In this document: in pieces, positions 1-12,137 of the stretch
How positions within the stretch are numbered: position 1 is the first letter of the stretch
How the letters are laid out: each line of letters starts with the position of its first letter
NCBI GenBank assembly: GCA_013239625.1
Contig: MU054187.1
Span: forward strand, 4,599,757-4,663,756
Direction: 5' to 3'
DNA from: Lama guanicoe
Taxonomy: Eukaryota
Length of the DNA stretch: 64,000 nucleotides
The notes under the pieces: model-generated
Databases searched by the model: none
The model's input: the letters and a program-made list of their open reading frames with translations, nothing else
What the model was told of the DNA's origin: nothing
Translations under genes and position numbers: made by a program

Positions 1-169
1 GTCACTGGGATTCAAATAAACAGAATGTGCCTGAATTCAAGATTCAACATTCAAATAATCTTCAATATGAAACTCTTTTGCTGAAAATACAATAAGCAGA
101 AGCCAGAGTTGTTGGGGTTTTTTTAAATCACCACAGGAGATGCCTATGTTTTCTTTTTTTTTTATTTAA

Positions 170-2640
170 TTTTTTAGGTAGCGTTCACCAAATTTAAATG
201 CATATTTTGATAAATTTGGTGACTTTATGCAGTTGAAATCACCACCAAAATCAACCTAACCATTTTCGTCTCGCCTCTGCAGTCAGCCCCTCTTCTCACA
301 CCTAGTCCCACGCACCCATTATAGCTCTGCCTTTCTTGGAATTCAATATCTATGAAATCATCCATTACTTAGTCTGGGGCACTTAACTTCTTTCACTTAG
401 CAAAACGTTTTGAGATTCATTCACGTTGTGTATGAACATTTTGTTTTCCATTTTTTGGACAGACTAGTTTGTTTATCCACTCATCAGTGGGACATTCGGG
501 TCGCTTCTAGTTGTTTGCTATTTTGAATAATGCTGCTATGAACACATATGTACTTACATACATGTTCTTGTGTGAACGTCTGTTTTCATTTCTCTTAGCT
601 AATGCCTCAGAGTGGAATTGCCGGGTTTGACAGCACAGGTAATGTTTCAACTCGTAAGATACTGCCATGCTGCTTCCCAAGGCAGATGAAACATTTTTGC
701 AGCCCCACCAGCAACGCGTGAGATTCTGCCGTCTCCACATCCTCACCAGGACTTGGTACTGTCAGTCTCAACTTCTACTCTTCTAGTGGGTGTGCTGTGG
801 TATCGCATTGTCTTTTTAGCTTAGGTTTCTCTGAGGACTAGTGATGCTGAGCATATTTTCATGTACTTATTGGCCACTGGTATATTATCTTTTATAAAGT
901 ACCTATTCAAGTTTTTGGTCTATTTTTCAGTCGATTGTTTGTCTTCTTATTATTGAATTGGATGAGTTCTCAATGTATTTCTGATACAAATCCTTGTCAA
1001 ATAAATGTCTTCACAATTATTTTTCTGAATCTAATTGTGGCTTGCTTTTTTTTTTCTTTATTATATCTTTCCAAGAGAAAGTGACTGCATCTTAACGAAG
1101 TCCATTTTACAATTTGTTTGTGTGTTGTAGCTTGGACCTTTTGTGCCCGTTTAAGAAATCTTTACTTAATGTAACATCACAAAGATTTTTTTTCCTGTGT
1201 TCTTTTCGAAGTTTTATAATTTCAGCTCTTACATTTAGGTGATGATACATTTGGAGTTAGTTTGAGTGTGTGGTTTTATTCAATGGTCAAAAAAAATTTT
1301 TTTTCCCCAAGCAGATATCCAATTGTTCCAGCACCATTTTTTGAAAATATTACCTTTCTCTCATTGAATCTGGCCACTTTTGCAAAACAAAACAATTGAC
1401 CATATATGTGTGAATCTATTTGTGGGTTTTCTATTCTGTTCCATTCATTTATACATCTAATCTTACATGTGAACATACTGTCTCCATCACTCTACTTTTA
1501 TAGTAAGCCTTGAAATCAGGCATTATTTAAGTCAACTTTGTTCTTCTGAAATTGTTTCAGCTATTTTGGGTCTCTCCCCCTCCATATAAATTTAGAATTA
1601 GCTTGTCAACCTCTTCAAAAGCAGCCAATTAAGACCTTGATTGGAATTACATTTAATCTACCAATCACCTTAGGGAAGACTGCCAGCTTAATATCAAGTC
1701 TTTCAATTCATAACCACAGTACATCTCTCGAGTATGGCCTTCTTTAATTCCCCTACACAAACTATTCTCCTTATCGGTACAAAGGTCTTGTGTGCCTTTC
1801 ATTAACTTTATTCCTAAATATATTTGATGCTACTGTAAATAGAATGAGTTTTTTTTTTCATTTTGTAATTGTTGCTGCTATATAGAAATCAATTATTTTT
1901 TATATATGGGCCTTGTATCCAGCAGCCTTGCTAAGTTCACTTATTAGTTCTCATAGCTTGTTTGTAGATTCCTGTAGAAAACATAGAGGTAGGTCGTGGT
2001 TGATTTTTGTTTGTTTTGCATCCTATTCTGACAATCCTTCAGGTCTTTAATCTCTTAACATTTATTGTACTGATTAATATAGTTTGGTTGAGTCCCCTTT
2101 CTCAGGCATTTTATTTGGCTCCCCTGTTTTTTGCTCCCCTATTTCTCCTTTCATAGTTTTTTATATTATTTGAATATTTAAAAAATTCTACTGTAATATT
2201 TCTGCTGATTCTTTTGTTATGTTGACTCTTTTGCATGTTTTTTCTTCAGTAGCTGCCCTAAGAATTACAATAGACACCCTTAAATTTTCATTGTTGACTA
2301 ACAGTAAAAATATTACTAGCAGAGCAATAGCTGTTATCTGTGTTACAGCTGCATACATTATAACCCTACAAGACAAATTATATTTTTCTAACACAGTTCA
2401 ATTGTTTACAAAGAAATTGGGAGGAAATGAGGCAAAAAGATAGTCTTCTACGTCACCCAGATATTCATCATTTCCAGTGTTCTCCTTTTTTATCCCAAGG
2501 ATCCAACTTTCCATCTGCTGTCATTTCATTCAGCCTGAAGAGCACCCTTCAGCCTTTATTGTAATGCAGGTCTTCTGGTGACAAATTCTTTTAATTTACT
2601 TTTATCTGAAAAAGTCTTTTTTTGCTCTCATTTTTGAAAA
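170..2640 (-). mobile_element. Degraded LINE-1 fragments (3' end and ORF2 remnant)
   Basis: Translated remnant WNRIENPQIDSHIYGQLF is typical of L1 ORF2; antisense L1 3'UTR-like sequence; boundaries approximate. Confidence 0.85.
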
Positions 2641-2749
2641 ATACCATGTGTGAGGAATACAGATTAAGTAGACACCTGATGCCTTGACTTTAAAGACTTT
2701 CTAAACTTCTCAGTGAGGTGGAGTGCTTAATTAAAATGACACCATGTTT

Positions 2750-3845
2750 CAGCAAAGGAAACTGTAAACAAAACAAAAAGACAACCGACAGAATGGGAGA
2801 AAATATTTGCAAATGATGCAACTGACAAGGGATTAATTTCCAGAATATACCAACAGCTCATATTGCTTAATAACAAAAAGCAAACAACCCAATCCAAATA
2901 TAGGTAGAAGAGCTAAGCAAGCAGTTCTCTGAAGAAGACAGACAAAAGGCCAATCAGCACATGAAAAAATGCTCAACATCACTAATTATCAGAGAAATGC
3001 AAATCAAAACTACAAAAAGGTATCCCCTCACACCAGTCAGAATGGCCATCATTAAAAAGTCCACAAATGATAAATGCTGGAGAGGCTGTGGAGAAAAGGG
3101 AACCCTCCTACACTGCTGTTGGGAATGTCATTTGGTATAGCCACTGTGGAAAACTGTATAGAGATTCCTTAAAAAAATAAGAATAGACTCACCATATGAT
3201 CCAGTAATCCCAAACCTGGGCATATATCTTAGGAAGCTCTAATTCAAAAAGATATATGCACCCAATGTTCATAGCAGGACTATTAGCAATAGCCAAGACA
3301 CAGGAACAACCTAAATGTCCATCGACAGGTGACTAGATAAAGAAGCTATAGTATATTTCTACAATGGAATGCTACTCAGCCAATAAAAAAGAATAAAATG
3401 CCATTTGAAGCAACATGAATGGGCCTGGAGATCATCATACTAAGGGAAGTAAGCCAGAGAGAGTAAAAAAAAATATATATATATACCATACGATATCACT
3501 TACATGTGGAATGTAAAAAAAATGACACAAATGAACTTATTTGCAAAACAGAAACAGACTCACAGATATTAAAAACAAACTTATGGTTACCAGGGGGTAA
3601 AAGGAGTGGGAAGGGATAAATTGGGAGTTCGAGATTTGCAGATACTAATATCTATACATAAAATAGATAAACAGCAAGTTTCTACTGTATAGCACAAGGA
3701 ACTATAGTCAGTATCTTATGCTAATCTATAATGAAAAGGAATATACATATTACATGTATGACTGAAACATTATGCTCTACACCAGAAATTGACACAACAT
3801 TGTAAATTGACTATACTTAAATAAAAAATAAATAAAATAAATTTT
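2750..3845 (+). mobile_element. 5'-truncated LINE-1 with A-rich tail and diverged target-site duplication
   Basis: ORF2 C-terminal/3'UTR sequence; tail aaataaaaaataaataaaataa; flanks aaatgacaccatgttt (2734-2749) and aaatgacattgtgttt (3846-3861). Confidence 0.9.
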
Positions 3846-4145
3846 AAATGACATTGTGTTTTGCATAGCCTTTTTTTTTCTGTATAAGTGTTTTCTCCTC
3901 TCCCCTCCCCTTCTTTGAGTGGAAATGTTATCCTATACTTTGACATACAATTCAAATATCATCTCTTCTATGAAGTCTTCCTTTATTATTTTAAGAAGAG
4001 TTTGCTATTCTACCCACTGTGCTAGCCAGGGAAGTGTTGTTTTTTCAGTCTTCATATTTCTGTAATATATATTAAATCTCAACTAGGACAAGAACAAATC
4101 ACAAGCTCAGATGGTGAAGATTTCCTAAGTGGGAGCAAATCTTAC

Positions 4146-4308
4146 CTGAACATTTCTTTCTACTTTCAATTCCATTTCCCCTCCGTTTAGAATTTCGGCA
4201 TGCAACTATGTTCTTCTTGTTTATTGATCCAATTATGTGACCTCCTCCACTAATGCATTTTTCACGTGATTTCCCAGGGCTGTCACCATGAGGCCTTTGA
4301 CTGCTGAT
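4146..4308 (-). other. Candidate 163-nt purine-rich exon, frame unresolved or possibly frameshifted
   Basis: Acceptor gcaacag, strong donor CAG|gtaaga; only one frame is open. Confidence 0.45.
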
Positions 4309-4442
4309 CTGTTGCATTAATTTATTTTTCTTATATTTACACATATGGTCCTATCTCATCCCTTTTAGAGAGTCAGCACTGGATAGCACATTTGGTCCTT
4401 CACTCTGAACAAACAGGACGTCCTGTGGAGTTGGAAACTCAC

Positions 4443-4474
4443 CAAGATTGTTCCAGAACACCTTCTCATTATCC
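4443..4474 (-). other. Candidate 32-nt exon, frame unresolved
   Basis: Acceptor tattatttcag, strong donor TTG|gtgagt; a direct phase-0 join gives an immediate stop. Confidence 0.4.
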
Positions 4475-4569
4475 CTGAAATAATATTTGGCTCTGGCCCC
4501 AGGAGCAAGGCTACACAAAGAGGTTTGAGTGAATATAACACTGTTCTGGGAAGTTGCCTTCACTCTTAA

Positions 4570-5930
4570 ATGACATTTTCAAAGGATATAGAATTCTGGG
4601 TTGACAGTTGTTTTTCGTTCAGCATTTTCAAAAGGTTATTCCATTCTTCTCTGTCCTTCATGGTTTCTGATGAAAAGGCAGCTATTAATCATCATTGTTC
4701 CTCTATATGCAATGTATGTGTTCAAGATTTATTCTTTATCTCTGGCTTTTAACAACTTACGTGATGTAACTTAGCCTTGGATTTTCTGTGTTCATTGTGG
4801 TTTGGTTTATACAGCATCTTGTATCTAAACATTTCTGTCTTTCATCAGATTTGAGAAATTTACAGCTATTATTCCTTTAGATATTTTTTCTGCCCTGTTC
4901 TCTCTCTCCTCTCCTTCTGATAGTCCTGTTATGTGTTTGATTATTTTATCCAATCTAACAAGACATTTTTCATTTTCCAAAATCTTTTTTTCTGGTTTTC
5001 ACCTGCAACAATTTCTATCTCTTTATCCTTGAGCTCACACACGCTCTCTCCTCTGTCGTGTACATTTGACTATTAAGTTTTTCCAGTGAATATTTTTATA
5101 ATAACTATAATTTTCAATTCTATAACTTCCATTTGCTTCTCATGTTATGGTTTTTATTTCTCTGCTGAGATTCTCATTCACTGAAAACATGTTCCGTTTT
5201 ACTTCATTGACTATTGCTATGATAGCTGCTTTAATATCTTCATCTGTTAGTTCAGGCATCTGGTTCACCTCCAGGATGGCCACAACGCATTTTCTTCTTT
5301 CTTGAGAATGTGTTCCATTCTCTTGGACCTTTGTGTATTGGATAATTCTGACTGCCTCAGATATTACGAATGTGAACAGATCCTGGATATTGCTATTTTC
5401 TCTGACACTGTTGTTTCCTTTGTTTTAGCAGGTAATTTTCTTGGCTGGCCTTGAAGTGCAAATTGTTTCTTGGACAGAAGTTCAGTTTCAGTCTGGATCT
5501 CTTGTCCTCAGCTGAGCTGCTTTGAATCCATTCAATGAATGCATATTTCTGGGGTCCATCAAAGATACTGGGGATCCATTCGATGCCTTTCCATTGCAGG
5601 ATTACCCCTACTCTCTCCAGCATTCAGTTTCCTGGCTTCACTATGGTTTCTCAGGCCAGAAAAACTGAGTTTTTTCATTCATGCCCTTGCCCCTGCTGTG
5701 TGAGCCATGCATGCTACATTTAAGCCCCAGACTAAAAGCCATGGAGATGGAAACTTACTTCCACAGATACACATCTCTCCTCCTGAAAGCACCCGTGCAC
5801 TCTCCAGCAGTCTGTCTGCTTCTGTTCACTTTCTAGTACCTCAGTCTTCTATGTCCAGCTTTTATGGTTGTTTTCTGCCAGGGGAGGGAATCATGCAGTA
5901 GAATCTTAGTCTGTCAGACTCAAAAGTGGA
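4570..5930 (-). mobile_element. Old L1 (L1M-type) 5'/ORF1-region remnant
   Basis: T-rich antisense L1-like phrases such as gatatagaattctgggttgacag; approximate. Confidence 0.65.
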
Positions 5931-5983
5931 AGTGAGATAGGAGGGAAAGGGGCAGGGCACCGCCATTAGAAGAATGACCTCGC

Positions 5984-6470
5984 TGTTGAGGAAACAACAT
6001 AAACTGGTTAGAGCCAACTAGGCCCAAGATGGCGGAAAAGCCAGCCTCCAGTAGCCCATGAGCCTGATTATACGCTCATTGTTATACATCGTCTGCTGAA
6101 TGGCACTTCCTCAGGCACCATGACAATTCCCAGGCTGACCATAAAAGGCCAAAACTGGGCGGTGGCCCGATTCCTGGAAATCCCTGTCCCTTCCCCAAAA
6201 TAGTCAGAACAGTCCTCCCACTTATTAGCATATGAAATTACCCAGCCTGTGAAAACTAACCACCCTCACCCCCCAGACTGCTTTCCGAGATGGGCTGCGT
6301 TCTGTCCATGGAACGTGTGTCTCTCAGCAAACTTGCCTTTACCCTGCTAGGGCTCACTCTTGGATTCTTTCCTGCGTGAAGACAAGGACTCTCATTCCGT
6401 GAGGTGTGTTCCAGGGACTCGCCTGAGACCTGGGCATCACCATCCTCTCATGCCCCGTTTTCCTGCAACA
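5984..6470 (+). mobile_element. Solo ERV LTR (ERV1-like)
   Basis: Begins tgttg, ends caaca (TG...CA inverted termini); 487 bp; internal caagatggcgg. Confidence 0.75.
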
Positions 6471-6591
6471 GCAGGATAGCTTCTGCATAGGTTAATTTTT
6501 TAAATAATTCTGCACCTAAATGAAAAGCTTCTAAGTACTTTTTCAAAATACTTGTCTAAATATAACGGAAGGAAGGAGTTAAAAAAGCTAC

Positions 6592-6643
6592 CTTGTTCTC
6601 TTGCTGCGAAATCAGTAAAGATACCCAGTCAATCAGTAAGTAT
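6592..6643 (-). CDS. Candidate exon (52 nt, phase 2 to 0): YLLIDWVSLLISQQENK
   Basis: Acceptor cttcacctcccag, donor AAG|gtagct. Confidence 0.35.
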
Positions 6644-6699
6644 CTGGGAGGTGAAGCCTCTCTAATCCTCAAGGTGGAAGCAGAGCAGAAGAATTTTTA

Positions 6700-6870
6700 A
6701 AATAGCAAATATTTATTGAGTGCTTATATTTACTCTTCGGAATGGTGTGATGATTTAGGTACTATTTCCATCCCTGTTTCATAGCCGAGGAAACAGGTGT
6801 AAGAAGTTAAGTAACCTGACAAGGTCACAGAGTGGAGGAGCCTGGACAGAAAGAGAATCCAGGAACAGCC
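6700..6870 (+). mobile_element. MIR SINE
   Basis: atttattgagtgctta...gaggaaacaggt...gttaagtaacctgacaaggtcacag. Confidence 0.75.
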
Positions 6871-9800
6871 CATGCATCCTCTGAACTAAGAAAGACTGCC
6901 AACACCCAGCCTAGGCCGTGCCCAAAAAAGCAGAGCAAAAGGGGAAAATGAGCTTGTCAAGATACCTGCGGATCAGGGAGTGGCACTCACTCTTGCAGGG
7001 AGAACAGACACCAACCCACCCAGACAGGATGCACAGAAGCCACAGAAGGAGGCCTGGGGCTGGGAGTTGGGGGAGGCTGCGGAGTGCAGGACCCTCGCAC
7101 CCATCACTGCAGGAGCTTGGCCAGCAGTGAGCACCTGGCGCACCCGGACGAGGCAGCATTCCATTCTGGCCCCAACCCCTCTGGCTCCCACTATCAACCC
7201 CTCCTCCACTCAGAGGCCACCAGGCAGAGAAGACCTGAGGGGAGAATCTTGAGACATGGCTCTGAAGGCAGTCTGAGCTTTACACGGACAGACAGGACAA
7301 AGGGCTAATTTCTCTCATATGGAAAGAGAATGATCAAAAGTGTAACAGATAATGGGAAATACATTGTCAGCTCACCAAAAAAGTAAATACGAACACTCTT
7401 AAAGCAAAAGCATAAGAGCTTGTTCAACTGCACTTGTAATAAAAGAAATGCAGACTAGCACTACTGAACACACCCGGTTCTCACTCCTCAGGTGGACGAA
7501 AGTTACCTGCAGGGCCCCCTGGGAAAGGCTCACCCTCCTGGCAGAGTGCGATCTGGGTTGGTTTGAAAGAGTGATTCTCAACACAGACTCCACCACAGCG
7601 TCACCTGGGCCTTCATACATTCCCAGTGTCCAGGGAGCAGCCGAATCTTTTACCAGAGGCACCCGGGCATCGGCACTGTTAAGCCCCCTGGGTGATTCCA
7701 GTGTGAAGACAGTTTGTGAATTGCTGCTCTGAGGAATTTGGGGATTTAGCCTCACACGTATTAAGATGATGCACAGAAAGGTTAGTCTTGGAAGCACGGT
7801 TTGCAGTAGCAAGGACAGGCAACAGGTCAACGAGGGGCTGGTTAGATGGTCCCGGGTACCTCAGCATACATGATGGAAAACTGTGCAGAGAGCGGTTCCG
7901 TCTAGGGATGCTTGAAGCAGGAATTCTATTGTTTTTTTTTTTTTACTCTCCTAGAATAGCATATACCACACACAAGACTGCTCAATAATTTCTATTATAA
8001 AATGAAACCAAAATTTCCATATTAATTATAAATTCTAATTTACTGGCAAGAAGTGGGAAAGGGGAGTAGGGTAGGAGGGAACCACTGCAATGAAATAATT
8101 CTTATTTTACCTCCAAATGACTGATACTAACATGCAATGCACGTGTACTGTATTCTTTTCCATGACATTGCAGGGGCCAATACACACCAAAAAACACAAC
8201 AGTACACGAAGAATGGAAACGAATGTTTCCAAATAAATGTTTCAGGAAAAAAGGGGGCTTCTCTTTCATAAAAACTCTGTTTATCACTGATGCATTCCAG
8301 AGAAACGAATGTGTAACCTGGTCAGGATGCGCTTCTGAGTTCAGACATTCAGCTTCCACGAAAAAAACAAAAGTGCCTATCATCTAGTATGTAATTCAGA
8401 GAATGGAAATCAGCACAGAAACTAATTACAGCTCATAAAGAAAAAAAATCTGCTATTTTGATGAATATGTGTTTTCCCAGCATTTTTGTTATTTCCGTTG
8501 GTCTGAGTGGGGACCATTGTCACGGTTCTCTCTGTATTTCTATTCTAAGTTGTGAATAAGGCAGTGTGTTCCTGGCAAGTATTTTGGGTTCCATCCGGAG
8601 AAAGGGAATGATGAAAACTCCAGAAGATAAGCTTTTCTTGTTTCAATGTCCTATTTTAAAGTGTTTGTTAAATAAAAAATAAATACAATGTGTATTATGA
8701 GACTCGGAAACTTACACTTATATGTTCAGTTTTGAATGAACAAAAAACTCCATCGAGTACTTAAATACTTACTTGAATACAAAAAAAGAAAATTGTGCAC
8801 TCTGGGTTTGTTGGATACAGGTTAGGACCAACCAGCTGTCTCTTTCTGGAGGACCATGGGGACACCCTTTGGCTAACTGCATTTTGAAATTTTTTAAAAA
8901 TTCTCTTCCAGGGGATCACGTACTCCCAGAACCTACTGTTGCCCCAGCTATTTGACGAGGAGTTTGATGGGGTCCAAGGAATGTAAAAACAGAAGAATTA
9001 ATATATAAAAGAGAGATCTATTCTAAAATGGCATGCAAGTGCCAGTATTTCCTAGATTTATAACCATGAATTTTCAAATACATTTCACAATTTATTCTAT
9101 AATGAGTTAAAAGTCCTGCTCCCTACTGGCATGCATTTCAAATCTAAAGCACATCTTTCCATTCACCTAATGTCATACGAATGATGCCTGGGGCCTTGGG
9201 GGAGCCCTAAAACCCTTAACCAATCAGAGAGCTGCCAAAATACGGTGTATTTTAAATGAACCAAAAATAGGACAAAACAAAAACATTAAATTTGAGATAG
9301 ACTATTTATCTCAATGGCCGGTTCCTGAGATAGAAATAAATTCATCAGAAGCAGTGAAACAGCTTAGTAAGAAAATGATGACAATCTATTTAGTCAATTG
9401 CAGAAACATTAAAGTTTTTTTCCTCCCTAATTTTATATGGATTTCCTGTCCCTTGACATAGGTGGATCATCAGTGATTTCCTTATGTTTATCAGCTCTAG
9501 GTAAGGCTGTGATAAAGAGAGATGTTTCTCAGGTAACTGGGTGCACATTGGAAAAGAGGTGGGGTGGGATTAAGGAGGATGCAGATACGTCTGGAAGAGA
9601 GGTGATGCCTTCCAGGAAATAACTTGAGTTGATGACAGAACCCAGAATGGGAGCCTGGATGGGCGTGGTCCCTCAAGAGGGGACAGCAGCCCGCCGCCTG
9701 GACAGTGAGGTGCTGTCTGGGGTCTGCCCGTCAGTGAAGAGGACACAGAGCAAAGACAGGGTATCTGCTGGTGCTTCGTGAAACTGGGACCCAGCTGGTG

Positions 9801-10052
9801 GTTTTCAAACTGGATCGCTGGGGCTCACCATCCAACCTGGCATGTGGCAGGGGTTCACAATATTTGTGGAACAAGTGAATGAACAAATGAATAAGTCCTG
9901 ACCCCTGGGGGAGTCTGAGTCTTCACACGCTTGCCCACCCTACCGCCCACAGGAGAGCGAATGTGGGCAGGGGAGGTGAGGCCAGGCCAGGAAGACCCCC
10001 CTGCCCACGGTGCCCCAGCTCTAAGGACACTGCCCAAGGCTTATCCTCGCAC

Positions 10053-10138
10053 TTGAAGGTGAGCTCAAGAAGATCCGAAGGATCAGGGCCACTTTTCCAA
10101 AAGGACTCAGCCAGAACTGCTCTCTGAGCCATCTGGAG
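10053..10138 (-). CDS. Candidate exon (phase 0 start; 3' boundary uncertain): LQMAQRAVLAESFWKSGPDPSDLLELTF
   Basis: Acceptor catccccttgcag; weak donor AA|gtgcga. Confidence 0.4.
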
Positions 10139-12085
10139 CTGCAAGGGGATGACTTAGTCCATTGTGATTACTATGTTAAGCTATTTTCTTAGAATGGAAT
10201 CTTCTCTTTAAATTTTTACATAGTCTTGATAACAGGCATGAGTTATTATTTTATTTAATAAGAAGGGCTTAACTGTAACCATTTTTCTGAGGAGCCACTT
10301 GAGACTAGGCATGGCTAACAGACCCGCTCGTGGTTTGCGAGACACGGAGCCAGGCCTGCGAGCCAAAGAAGCTGGTCCCAAGGGCATCCCTCTTGCTCCC
10401 AGGTGAAAGTCAGCATGGCGACACCTGTCCAGGTGCATGTTGTCACCACAAGCAGAGCGGCAGGCTGAGCCGGATCTCAGCTTCCATAGCCCTTGCTCTC
10501 TCACAGCTGGCCTTCAACACTGCGTATAAACTTGACCTTGCCCCAGGTCACCAAATTCCCATCAGCCCGGGGCCAGCCCTTGCCTTAGTCTCCAGCCCCA
10601 TTTATCCCCAGGCTAGGTCCTCCTGGCCATGCTTTGAGGTGACCTCCAGTGACCCAGATGCAGAGACTCATGACCTGTCTCGACTCTGACCTTCCACTTT
10701 CCTCCCAACTGGTCACTGACCTCTAGGTCTTGGCACCTGCATTAATGTCATTTTTTTTCAGCCTAGATGGAGGCACATGTCAGCTGTGAATATTCAGAAA
10801 CAAGCAAATCAGGGCCCTGACTTCCTGAGGCTCACTGCACATCAGATGCAACTGACATTGACCAGGGATGACAAATTTGATGACTGCCCTAAAAGGAGGA
10901 CCACAGGATCTAGACCGGGGAGCTGGGGTCGGTGGAGGCCTCCTGACAAACGCGGGGATGACACCGCCATCTGCACATCAGTTGGGAATTTGCAACACCT
11001 GCATGTGGATCACATGTCGTTCTGGCCTGTCCCTTCCCACTCTTCGTAGTAATAAATCACAGACCATGCTCATGTCAGCATAGGACAAAAATAATCTCTC
11101 TTATAAACACATACTCTATTTGCAGAGTATTATTCACTTAAATTGAATAATTTTTTTCACTTTCTTTTTTCCTGCTAGTCCACACCTTTCTAAGAACACC
11201 TGGCCTTTAGAAAAAACAATCTACTAGAAACGGGCAACGTGGTCATGAGTCACCCTGGCAGCAGATGGGCACACGAGGCTTCCTGGAGCATGAAAGAACA
11301 TATTCAGGAATGTATTACTGCTTGACTCTGTTCATTCAATTTTTACAATGAGGTTTGCCCAACTCAACTCTGCTTTCAAGAGGCACTTAAGGAACCCTCG
11401 AGTCCATCCTCAAACCACTGAGTTCTCTGTGGGAGAGAGTGAGCAGTGTTTCCATTTCCAGGGCGCCTAGCTCCCTTCGTGACTTGAAAACAGCTGGAGA
11501 CCCACGCGGGCGTGTACAGGCACAGTGAGGGGAACATCCCTGCCAATCCCAGCGCGCTCCTGCCAGGGAAGAGGGAGTGTCTGTGGGTTCGGCTCGGGCA
11601 GGGGCAGGGAGGGAGCGAAGGCAGAGGAGAGAAGCCAGGATGACAGTGTCAGATAGAGCCTTGGACTTCGGCCAGAGACAAGAACGAGCCTGATTATACC
11701 GCATATTTTAGGATTCTCTTTCTATTCCATTGAGAATGAGGAAAAAACACCTCTTTGTGATGAGAAATCAAGAAAGCTGCCGTTCTTAACACAGATCCTT
11801 TAAAATGCCATTTGTTAGACTGGTTACAGAATGAATTCCAGTCCATGTTTAATTCTTCCAAAATCATCTTTTGCTTTTAAAGGGTATGAAAAAGCATATG
11901 GACGAGCATATTAATCGCAGCTACTATTTCCAGGGCTTGAGTGAAAAGCAGCATTTATGTTAATGGTGTACGTGAGAACATACGAATCTGGAAATATTCC
12001 CGATTAGCAAAATTTTCTTTCCTGCTGCAACGAGAATATGACTGCGAGAATGAATTACCGTAACAGCACACCCCATCCAGGTTAC

Positions 12086-12137
12086 CTTGCTGAGGTTAAA
12101 TCCTTGCTCTTTGAATTGAGGTTCCAGAATATATATT
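12086..12137 (-). CDS. Candidate exon (52 nt, phase 2 to 0): IYILEPQFKEQGFNLSK
   Basis: Acceptor gtgttacag, donor AAG|gtaacc, phase match. Confidence 0.62.
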
